Below, piece by piece: positions 13,901-23,055 of a stretch of DNA of 64,000 nucleotides. This DNA comes from Psilocybe cubensis. Lineage: Eukaryota. The notes beneath the pieces were generated by a model that did no database searches, was not told the origin of the DNA, and was given only the letters and a program-made list of their open reading frames with translations. Made by a program: the position numbers and the translations under genes. Location of the stretch: NCBI GenBank assembly GCA_017499595.2, contig CM038999.1:124001-188000 (forward strand), read 5' to 3'. Within the stretch, counting starts at the first letter, position 1, and each line of letters starts with the position of its first letter.

Positions 13901-15180
13901 CACATCGATTCACCATCGGCAAGTTCACCAGCAAAGGCGTCAGCCCATTCCGCAGCAGAGACCGGCGTGAAGGGGCCCGGGCTGTCATCAAAGATGTCGT
14001 CTTCACGGAGCTGGGGTCCTTCGCGGCAAACATTCACGGTTTCGCCATCAGGGTGCGAAGTCGGCAGCACGTCAGCACCACAGGACGTGGGGCAGCGTGC
14101 AAAGCAGAGCTTGGCCTCTCGCCAGTCAACAAGCGGATTATGGAACCAGAGCCAGGAGTGCCCGAGGATGAGGGAAGATGATCCCGTGTTGGTGACTGAA
14201 AGGCGGAGTCGCTCAACATGGTTTTCAATGCGGATGACAAGGTAAACAACATCTGTGATAGCACCGTTGGCATTGCGAGTTCCGTCTGCATTGTAAACGC
14301 TAACGGGGTGGGGCAGCCGCTCAGTCACCCATCCATTGAGTTTGACAAAATCGGAGTGCACGTAACAACCAGTGGCACCGCTGTCTAAGAGCGCTTTCAG
14401 CGACACCAAAGAGGTCGAGCCTGGGGGTGCAGCCGACATTGGAATGTCAAGGCATTTACTCCCCATGCGGGAGATGTAGTCGCGGGGCTTCTTGAGCTGC
14501 TGGAGGACTTTGGCGGCGTCGGTCCAGGGGAGATCGCAAAGAGCAGCAATCAGATCATCGTCAATGTCGTCCCAACGCTCCTTTGGGGCCCAGGATTTGA
14601 GCAGGCTCTCGGTTCGCCAAGGCGTGCTGCGTAATCGGCGCAAGTTGCACAGGACGGTGCGGACAGGTGTAGGGATTGAAGGCGGGCAGTCTGTGTGGTC
14701 AGCGACGGGCGGGCTGCAAAGTAGAGAGTCGCGTGGGGCCGGTGGTGGACTTGCATCGTGTGTCATAGAGACAGATGCATCATCGTGGGCGGAGGTTTGT
14801 TGAGCAGGCTTGGTTGGCGAATCTTCATCCGAATCATCAGAGGCATCTGGGGCTTGCAGCTCTGGTGGATCATCCTCAGGACAGGATAAAAAGAGGTCTG
14901 AATATGGAATGCAATCGGGTGCCATAGTTGGAGGTTGTGGGTGCGCGGGCAGGAGTGTTGGTGTCGGGTAGTCGGAGTTGGGTGATGTTGTTGAAGAAGA
15001 GGGCTTGTCAGGAGTCAATACAGAATTGGATAATGAAGGTTGAGGGGTCGCGTAAACAGGTAACACGGGCAGAGGTACGGATTTTGGAGACAATGCAACA
15101 TGCAATTTGGGAGTAATTACAGGGTTGTTGTACAGAAGCGGCGAGGACGTACTACTCACTCGACGCAAGAAACAAAATCC
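10915..15180 (-). CDS. pol: Pol polyprotein (protease, RT, RNase H, integrase, divergent chromodomain), probably expressed by -1 frameshift
   Basis: LLDSGATG protease, YMDD RT, DSSG/ELLS/TDHKNL RNase H, H-H-C-C zinc finger, SDRG...QTERVNQEIE integrase, GPF motif and a chromodomain-like tail. Uninterrupted ORF of >1400 codons. Confidence 0.95.
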   Translation of the reverse strand, partial: GFCFLRRVSSTSSPLLYNNPVITPKLHVALSPKSVPLPVLPVYATPQPSLSNSVLTPDKPSSSTTSPNSDYPTPTLLPAHPQPPTMAPDCIPYSDLFLSCPEDDPPELQAPDASDDSDEDSPTKPAQQTSAHDDASVSMTHDASPPPAPRDSLLCSPPVADHTDCPPSIPTPVRTVLCNLRRLRSTPWRTESLLKSWAPKERWDDIDDDLIAALCDLPWTDAAKVLQQLKKPRDYISRMGSKCLDIPMSAAPPGSTSLVSLKALLDSGATGCYVHSDFVKLNGWVTERLPHPVSVYNADGTRNANGAITDVVYLVIRIENHVERLRLSVTNTGSSSLILGHSWLWFHNPLVDWREAKLCFARCPTSCGADVLPTSHPDGETVNVCREGPQLREDDIFDDSPGPFTPVSAAEWADAFAGELADGESMCAVDLNEFTSEQVHGSCDHRISHFLRTQREAASYPDRYLKEFAPVFSKEEFDELPPRRPWDHAINLKPDAKSFKAKPYRLSPAETSKVKEWIEEEKRTGRIRDSISPYAAPFFFIQKKDGSLRPVQDYRRLNDITIKNRYPLPLISDLMDKLKGAKVFTKLDVRWGFNNIRIREGDEHKAAFITEFGLFEPLVMFFGLTNSPATFQNMMNDLFKDLIAGGHVVIYMDDILIFTDDVQSHRHLVRNVLQILEDNKLYLRPEKCCFEQDRVEYLGVIVGHGKMSMDPKKVDAITSWPIPRCRKDVQQFLGFVNFYRRFIKNFSRIAAPLHALGGSAPWVWDNLSTSAFNELKSACASHPVLLLPRDGAPFRIEADSSGYATGAVLSQFVDNSWQPVAFASKALSPVERNYEIHDRELLSIMRSLDDWRRYLHGSDSPVEIHTDHKNLQYFMTAQKLNRRQARWSLQLAEFDFVLVHKPGPTMICADSLSRRPDYDKGVGDNENVTLLRPEHIRRTAECSIGDDPVLADIRTHQHQITEMWEKHKNLPGWSLHDGLLSWHNRIFVPNKGNLRQRILADCHDHQSVGHPGRMKTMELVLRDYWWPSLSKDAKRYVDGCPTCQSTKPLRMAPAGLLTPNEIPSSNWEIISCDLIVDLPKSRGFDSIFVVVDRLSKMVRIIPCKKSITSEGLARLFRDHVWKDFGLPRRIISDRGSIFLSNFTRALNDLLGISQNASTAFRPQTDGQTERVNQEIEQYLRIFVNNRQNDWVEWLACAEFAINNKIHSSTGFSPFFLNYGSNPRRTLQPARLSDDRVPKALEFASQMDSLAKESASALNLAADAMKRSYDTSHRAPPVFNVGDMVMLSASDIKSSRPSKKLDVKRHGPFPVTKRVGIQSYTLDLPASWSIHPTFHVSKLSRFIPAEFDSQTSPATPTPPPALPPPDIASVLGHRALRSGTQFLVLLDGCTEEDASWSSHSSFPNSEVLNNYIRLHNIPDAHL

Positions 15181-16340
15181 GAATCATCAAACAAGGCACT
15201 TTCGTCAACATCAACGCATCGAATCTCATGCTTGTCGTCATCAGGCAAAGCATCAAAGCACTCGAGGACGGCCCGAGCTCGTTCCAGTTTTGCGCGTGAT
15301 TTGCGTTGGAATTCGAGATCTTTGGGTTTGGGGCAGACTCGCATGAAGTGGCCAAATACGCCGCAGTTAAAGCAGGGCAGGGCGGCACGTCGATTCGGAG
15401 CAGCGGAGATGTTTGCAGGTAGAGTCGCGTTGGGGGCAGGAGCAGCGGGGCGGGGGTTGCTAGACTTTTGAACAGTGGAAGGGGTGGAGGTGAAAGAAGG
15501 GGGAGGACGCCAGGTGGCGGTGGTGTTGACGACCGGAGTCACCGTGGCATCAGTCTCACGCAGTCTGTGAGCCATCAAGATTGCGGCACTCTTCCATTCC
15601 GCGAATGTGGGCATCTCACGGTGTGTTCGTCCAATCTCCTCCATAATACGCTTATCCAAGGCCATTTTGAAGCATTGGATCAACGCTTCGTCGTTAAACT
15701 TGGAGCGAAAGGCAAGGTTCTCGAAGATAATAATGAACTCTTGAGTGGGCGTGGAGTTCTGACGGATGCACATGATCTCGCGTGCCGCGCGTTGTTGCGA
15801 GAAATGGAACAGGAAGGAGTCTTTCACGCGCTCCTCAAAGTCGGACCAGTTGGTTAAGACGCATTGCCCAGACTCTAGCTCTTCAATGAGCTGGTTACGC
15901 CAGACAGCGGGCGTGCCGGTCTTGAAAGAACTGAGAGCGGTGCGTACTTTGGAATCAGTGGTTTTGTATGCTTCGGGGTCGGAGTGAAAAAAGTTACGCC
16001 ATGAGGCCAGCAAGTCTTCGACAGTATCAGAGGAGCCGTCGAAGGCACCTGGAAAGGGCACCTTATAAGCGCGTGAATCACCAGAGCGGGCGGTAGAGGT
16101 AGTCGCAGAGGAGTGGGTAGAGGTTTGGAGTTGGGGTAACGCGAGGAATGATTTGAACATAGTTTCGGCTTGTATACGCGACAGTTCGAGAATATCTTTC
16201 ATAGTTTCTTTATTGGATTCCTGGCTAGCCTTAATGAGAGCGATAATGGCAGGGTCAATTCGGGACACAGTGTCGTCATCACTACCGTCACGACCACGAC
16301 GGGGGGAGACCGAACGACCTTTACTTTTTCCGGGAGGCAT
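15156..16340 (-). CDS. gag: Gag protein, 394 aa
   Basis: Retrotransposon capsid-like region (PGAFDGS...WSDFEERVKDSF...IRQ) and CCHC knuckle CFNCGVFGHFMRVC. Confidence 0.93.
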   Translation of the reverse strand: MPPGKSKGRSVSPRRGRDGSDDDTVSRIDPAIIALIKASQESNKETMKDILELSRIQAETMFKSFLALPQLQTSTHSSATTSTARSGDSRAYKVPFPGAFDGSSDTVEDLLASWRNFFHSDPEAYKTTDSKVRTALSSFKTGTPAVWRNQLIEELESGQCVLTNWSDFEERVKDSFLFHFSQQRAAREIMCIRQNSTPTQEFIIIFENLAFRSKFNDEALIQCFKMALDKRIMEEIGRTHREMPTFAEWKSAAILMAHRLRETDATVTPVVNTTATWRPPPSFTSTPSTVQKSSNPRPAAPAPNATLPANISAAPNRRAALPCFNCGVFGHFMRVCPKPKDLEFQRKSRAKLERARAVLECFDALPDDDKHEIRCVDVDESALFDDSDFVSCVE

Positions 16341-16970
16341 GAGTGCAAACGATAAGCGAGAAGCGAATTAAAAAAAGGAAAGAGAAAAAAACAGAGAGGG
16401 TGGGTGTATGCGCCAAAAGGGTGAATATATGCGCTTCTAATCGGAGGGTTCAAGGTCAGGTAAGCTGTCTGGGGTAGAGGACCTGGAGAAGAGAGGAGAG
16501 CTGAGAATATCGTCAAGGCGGGCGTGAAGTCCAGACAAAATAGCAGGGCTAAGAGAGGTGGTAAAAGCCAGATTATCAATGCGGCGAGACAGAGTAGCCA
16601 GACAATCTTGTAGGTCGCGAACGCGATCAGCCTGGTCGTGTAGGTAACGCAACTGTCTTTCAGCGGAAGCGAGAAGGTCTCTGGTATGTGAGATTGACCG
16701 TTGACAGTCTATAACAGCAGCAGTAAGTCGCCGAAGGGTATCAAAAGATGCACCCTGGTTGGAAGCAATACGCAGGGTTTCTTCGTGCAACAAGAGGTCT
16801 CTTTGCAAAAAAAATAATTGCCAAGAGTAGCGGTCACAAGTGTCGGTACAGGCTTCGATATCCTGCTGGATGGGCAGGATCGAAGGGGAACGAGGTAGTC
16901 CAGGCAGTTTGGGAAACGGTGGTATTGAAATGCCAAAAGGCGATGAGAGAGGATGTTTTGAATGTGTTAG

Positions 16971-16981
16971 AGTTCCTTCTT
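16971..16981 (-). promoter_or_regulatory. Self-priming-type primer binding site
   Basis: AAGAAGGAACT lies 2 nt after the 5' LTR and is the exact complement of LTR positions 17055-17065. There is no TGG tRNA-type PBS. Confidence 0.75.
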
Positions 16982-16983
16982 GA

Positions 16984-17156
16984 TGTTAGGAGGAGACCCG
17001 GAGACGAGGCGGGAGAGAGAGACGAAGGACCAGAACGTGTTGGGTGTGCTAACAAAGAAGGAACTGAGGCTACGTAGCTACGGGTGTGTCTACAAATACT
17101 GTGTGATATGTGACTACAGGCACGTGTGTGTGTCTACGTTAGAGGGAACTCTAACA
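16984..17156 (-). repeat. 5' LTR
   Basis: Identical to 10731-10903. Confidence 0.95.
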
Positions 17157-18045
17157 CGTACGCGCCCTCTTGCGGCTTGCAAAATGTGAATTGCGAATGT
17201 TCTGCGAATGCTGAATGTCTTCTGAAAGCCACAAGTCAGGTCAAGTCTCGTCACACCGTACACGACACCACACGATACACGACACGACAAACGTTCCGCC
17301 AAGATTTTTATGTTCATGCAATGTTCCGAGACATATTCGAGTGGGTTGGGATTTGGGTGTACACTAACTGTCTTTGTTCATTGTTCATTGTTCAGACTGC
17401 AGTGTCGTGTCGATGTGTGTGTGTCGTGTCGGTGTGTACGTGTCGTGTCGGTGTGTGTGTGTCGTGTCGATGTGTGTGTGTCGCACGAGTCGGTCCAGGA
17501 ATCCAGGGATTGATTTACTCTGACTTTCGGACTTCGCAGGGGAGTGAAATTTGGATGGAATGTTGATCAAGGTGTGTCGCGATCGTGGACTAGCTTGCTA
17601 AGCCAATTTTTTGCGGTTGCACTCGGTTTTTAGATTTAGAGTGTATTGCGCATTTAACAGTACGAGGAAATAAATTTTTAGGTTTGTATGTATATATGTG
17701 ACCACGGACACGGACACGGACACGGATACCAAAAGTGACGGTGAACAGGTCAGTGTGTTACGAGTGTAGAGGATGTTACTAGGTTGCGTGGAGGGGAATT
17801 GTACGGCGGCACTCTTCTCTTCTCTTCTCTCATCTCATTTCTCTTTGACAGTTCAATTTCCATTCATCACCATATATAATACTTGCTTCACCTCTTCCAC
17901 AGGGATATCGGGCTTACCACCATATCCAATAATTCCTACACCTCCCGGACATACAAACGCAACTCTGAGCGCAGAAGTGAGTTTCAATTCAACTGTGTAC
18001 TTTTACAAAGAACAATCAGCACGAATGTTTGTGGTTGTATATATA

Positions 18046-18354
18046 TCAGTACACATTCTGGCAGCAAAGAACTTTCTGCCCTGTCCAGCAACACGCGCCG
18101 TCGCCACAATTGGACGTCTGAGTAGCGACGTAGTTGTTGTTGCATCCTATGCACGTTTGGCCGATCCTAGACCAGCCTACATTGCTTCCTTGGCATGACC
18201 CGGCGCAGAACGGTGCTGTGCCGTCCCAGTAGCATCCCTGAGCTGCGAGCTCGGCGTCGGATAAGGCAGATAAATCTTGCGCTTTGTCGGCGCTCTCAGT
18301 CGCGAATGCGATGGAGGTAATGGCCAATACGAAGAAGGTGATTGAGAATTTCAT
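18046..18354 (-). CDS. Small secreted 10-Cys peptide, copy 1 (102 aa)
   Basis: MKF hydrophobic signal peptide, acidic spacer, CYWDGTAPFC...CC...CC core. One of seven paralogs. Confidence 0.92.
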   Translation of the reverse strand: MKFSITFFVLAITSIAFATESADKAQDLSALSDAELAAQGCYWDGTAPFCAGSCQGSNVGWSRIGQTCIGCNNNYVATQTSNCGDGACCWTGQKVLCCQNVY

Positions 18355-19617
18355 GTTGCAAGGGTTTTCTGTCGAATATTTGGTATTAGTCTGTTGATCC
18401 AGTAGGTGGAATGCAAGGGTGCGATGAACTTAACAGTAGTTTTGAAGAAATCGCTTGAAAAAAAATCAATGTTGAATGGCGTCTTTATAGGACAACTGCC
18501 TTGCATTGTATTCCTATACTAGCTAGATTGCGTGAAGCTTCGACCAAGGATCTTGTAGTTTTCCTTAGCTCATATGTTTACAACAAAACCACGCTACCAC
18601 ACGCCACAAAGTCCATTCAAGTACGCACTGGTCTCTTCCTATTCATCGGAAACTCCCGTTGTATATTGGAACAGCGTCTCGAGCAGGCAAAGACCCGTCA
18701 GAAGCAAATCCCGAAAACGCTGGCACACGTAAACACAGCTGGCATGCAGTACTGGAAACTGCAGTGAATCAGTTCAAAACATATTAAAGGACTAAAGTGA
18801 TAGGGACCTTTGATAAAGCGCTCTAGCACTTTGCCTTCTGGCGCGTTTTCTCGCTCGAGAGCGTGCTGTTCTGATTTGCCGCCGCGGCCGCAGTTTCCAA
18901 GAGATAATGAATATTGAGCTAAGGGAACCAATAAAAGTAACTTAGGACGGAAGTACCCTGAACGCATTTCATGGCTTCTCGTTTATAAACTAAGGGAAAC
19001 GACAAACGTCGGTCGGACGTATCCGGAATAGGTGTAGCCGGTATTGTTCAGCCTTCTAGATCTGATTCCTGCCTAATCTTTAAACTAACTCTCGACGTGC
19101 CATTCAACTATGAATGCACTATACCTATCTACGTTGATCCACATCTAGACCCGCAATACCCCGTCTTCGTTCTTTCAAGCGCTCGACACGCGTACTATAT
19201 CTCCGTTTAGCGCTCAACGACAACGGCAGCGTCGTATACTGTCAGCTCGATACACTCTTTCATATGCCCATTGCACTGCTTTCGCAATGTGAGTATGTTT
19301 CCACCCTCCCCATCCACATCCCGTACTCATCTCCACATCCCACCCTCACATTGCAACCACCCCCTGCCAACACATCGTTCCCTCCGTATTCCCAACACCT
19401 GCCCCACCTCGGTGCATATCACATCTTCGAGTAACAAATTAGGCCACCAATAATAAGTGATGTGAACGTCGCTGCCGAAACTCTGAATCGCCGTGAGAAA
19501 TCAACGCGGCTCATCGATGAGCGGAACTGATAAAACGTGCGAGATCAACAAAAAAAATTGGCATTATACCGCCGTTGACGACATTCTCTACCATCTACTG
19601 ACTGACTATCATACACG

Positions 19618-22600
19618 ATGGTGTTTTCCGCTACCCCATCGCTGAGTGGCCTTCGACTTCCCGCGTCCTCTGGAATTGTTCCGCTGTGGTACATCGGGGC
19701 GACCGGTCCTTTGAAAATCACGGCATGTAAGTCACTATCTTATCTGAGCGATGCGGAATCAAAAAAACACTTACACGATAGTTATGTTCTCCATGTTGAC
19801 GGACATTTGGTGGTGGGCAAATGCCTTGCTAGCCGCTTTTGTGTCTGCGGTGACGAGTGGGACAAATCCACCTTCCTTGGCCTCAGGCGTCGTCAGTGGC
19901 GTCAAGTTGTGTGCGTACAACTTCATCATTGCTGGAGCCCTCGGGTTCAGTTTTCTGCGCTTCCCCCTGGCGCCCTGCACCGCTGTGCTTTGGTCTCCTG
20001 GCAAGGAGTCCGGGGTCTCCTTTACTTTGGGTTTCTTGGGCTTGTGGGAGCCTCCAGCTGACTCCATCTCCGAGTCAGACTCCTCGCGTTGTCTCTTTCG
20101 AGACCCGCTTTCACCACTGGAAACAAATATTTTTCCTCGTGAGCTCGCAGCCTCGAAGTAATTGCTGATGATCATGCCTCCCAATTTTTTGGCCATGCCC
20201 TACCATCCTCCGCTCTCCGTGTCTGTATTCAAGAAAGCAGCGTCAGTGTCTACGATGAAGAGAGGAAGACAAAATTCATACCCTCCGTCATTTGTTTGGA
20301 CTTTGTTGATGTCTTGTTGCTCTACGGGCTCCTTTGTGTGCCCGGAGCGGCATCTGTCGCTTCCATCGATGACGGATACTAGTGTTTTGTTTTCCTCTCT
20401 TCTCGAGGAAAAACACATTGATGGACCATGGGTGGCATTGGAATCCTCTCCCACGTCCAACCATGACTGAGAATTGTCGGAAAATATGCCCTGATGCTGG
20501 GCTGTATGTGTGCTTCCCCCTATGTATAGAGGCTGAGGAGATGTTTTGAAACTAATGCTCTTTTTTGGCCAAAGCTGTCGTGAGTGTACTGGTAAAAATG
20601 GCATATCATTGCCATCCGCATTCTCGACGGGCGCCGTATGCTGGTCAAGCATTAGGTCTGCGAATGATGAGATTAGCAATAGTCATTAGGTTTATAGTTA
20701 AACAAACATACTCTTCCCGTTATCCAGATGACTCAAAGTACCGTCGACGGCATCGGGTACTGTTTGGTGGGTTGAAAAACCCGTGCTCTCTGAATCCAGG
20801 TAAACCGCGGATGGTTCTGTCTGTGGATGAACTAATGGGTGATGATGGAACGGCTCGTCAAATTGATCTTGTTGCCAATGAGAGGGACCTGGCTGTCCCA
20901 TTGCTGGTATTGCAGGCGATGTTGATCTAAATGAGAAAGTTGTTGTCAATAGGGCTATCACATATGGGACTTTAGGACTGACGGTTCACGCCTACTTCCT
21001 TCGGAAGTCGCATCCCGACAGTTGATTAGCTCCTGTAAGGAGCTTGTATGTACGGGTACCATCGCTGGAGGGGATAGTATCTCATATTGACTGCTGGTAT
21101 ATGCCGATGGAGTGGCATAAACTGTATAACGGTTGTGGAAATCCTCGATTTCACCAGGGATTGGCTGGTGATTATCCTGGGCATACAGAAATCAGCGTGG
21201 CTGCTCGCGTGCGTGCGTTTTTGCGTGTGCCTGCGTGACACGCATTTTTGCGCAACAACTGTGTTCTGCACGCATATGGATGTGTTCTGCACGCAATGTC
21301 ACAATTGTGTCACATATAGTGTTGGATTATTTCCCGCCAGTACTCGGTTATCTCGTGCGTAAGGAAACAAGGATTCTCTTCTACTGGATTAGTTCAATAA
21401 TAAATGATAATTATTCAATGCCTTGCCAGCACACTTGCATGATTCTTGCCATTTATAGCATTTGGCTTAATTAATAGACATCTACTCAAAATTCTACTAT
21501 ACAGAGGTAAATCCTGTTTTCTTGTGACTTCAGCATTGCTATCACGTCCTACTTATGAGCACAGTTAGCTTGCTCGGATGATTTGGTGTACCTGGGCGTG
21601 TTCCTCGACACCATCTCCGGCCGACTACGCGACCAGCCGCATTGCATCCGGCAACACCTTTTATTCAATGATGTCCGACCACATTACCAGGCCCGCGAAC
21701 TTGAATAAAATCTTTTTTTTTGTCCTTTGGACAAGTATTTGGTGTCGTCGAACGACGATGAGCGTGACATCACAGCACGCTAATCGCACTCAAACTCACG
21801 CATCTGACACGCAAGCAGCACGCGACCTACTTTCCCACGTGCACGCGAGGACATGCGATGATACGCGACCCGATTATTGCGTGTAATTGACACGCTAACA
21901 CCTGTGGTTCGCACGCGATGACCCCGCACACAGATTCATCTTGCACGCCAGTACGAACTTATGCGTTTCTGGCTCGAAGTATCCTACCGAAAAAATGTAT
22001 TCAATGAAAAGTTCACTGTACATCCCAGCCGCTTGTGGAGGGATAATTATAGAGATATTGTCATTTGTATTGTGTATCAACGGTGTAGTACGGCTTGAAA
22101 ATACTTTTATATTCACACCTTGTGCCGTAGGTGCATCCTTAGATGGACTGGTAGTGTTGTCTTCTTCAACTGCCTTGATGCTATTTGAATCCAAGTGCGG
22201 ATGGATATCTAAGGGATGGCATCTATTCCATGAATAAATGAAGATGAAGAAAGTATAGTACTCATGTATCCTGAGTCTGTAGTGGTGACTTCTGGCTGCT
22301 TATGATCTCGTTTCATCATGTCCTTATTAATTTGCATAAAGCTCGTAAGGAGGAAGGTCCACTAACTCCAAAAGAATTCAGAAGTCTTCTGTTGACAACT
22401 CAGTAGCGAGTGAAAGACGAAAATTATGTGGGGGAATAGTACCTTATTAGGCTATACACCACTTGTTCTGGAGTCAGAGTCTATTTAAATGAAAAGAAAG
22501 GTGTATAACAATCCAGTGCTTGCAATAGTATATCTAGTACTTAGTACAACTTGCTAAATGTCAGATTTGTGTTGAGATATGCACGCATATATCACGCTAC

Positions 22601-23055
22601 CTCAATGACGCTGCACGCATTTCAATGACATGTACACGCAAGATCTGTCAATTTGCACACAAATTCACCGAATAGCATTTATGCGCAGCACGCAAAAATA
22701 GGTCGCACGCAGGCTAGCCACGCTCTTTTCCTGGTGCCCGATTATCCTGATCTCTCGGACTCGCGCCACTCGTGGCTGGAGCTTGTACGTCGACCTCATC
22801 AATGGTATCCCTTCTTGCATCTTTCATTTCATGGTAGCTGGGTAGGCCTGGAAAAAGTCGCGATATACTGCGCAACACATCCGTACAGAATTGAAAAGTA
22901 GGGTCAGAAAGAGGTGCATCGATGGCATCAACTGGATTACTGTCTCCGGCTATATATGAGGCGCCACTCAATGCATCAAGGTCGCGGTTGTCATCGCATG
23001 GGTTATGTGGCACATAGTCTTGCAGGTCAGACAAAGTGAAGTCGGAATATGGCAT
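19618..23055 (-). pseudogene. Disrupted multi-exon gene for an unknown, largely low-complexity protein with basic NLS-like clusters
   Basis: The MPYSDF... frame reads through (QDN|HQPIPG) when TIR element B and one TSD are removed. GT-AG introns link ORFs 20698-20961 and 20200-20679. An in-frame TAG at 20200-20202 precedes ORF 19771-20196. The 3' end is approximate. Confidence 0.6.
21179..22739. mobile_element. Non-autonomous TIR DNA transposon (MULE-like), copy B, inverted relative to copy A
   Basis: 9-bp TSD GATTATCCT at 21170-21178 and 22740-22748. Both ends match copy A in reverse orientation, but the interior differs. Confidence 0.88.

Larger units (their letters stand above)
10731..17156 (-). 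mobile_element. Full-length Ty3/Gypsy LTR retrotransposon (chromovirus-type)
   Basis: Two 173-bp LTRs, TSD CGTAC (10726-10730, 17157-17161), gag plus pol in PR-RT-RH-IN order, a PPT and a PBS-position motif. Confidence 0.97.

Noticed and set aside
10955-16371. Plus-strand ORFs over the retrotransposon
   Set aside because: Antisense shadows of gag and pol with no independent motifs.
18046-18354. Hydrophobin or KEP/RiPP precursor identity for the peptides
   Set aside because: There are ten Cys with the wrong spacing for hydrophobins, and no Kex2-delimited internal repeats or adjacent tailoring enzymes.
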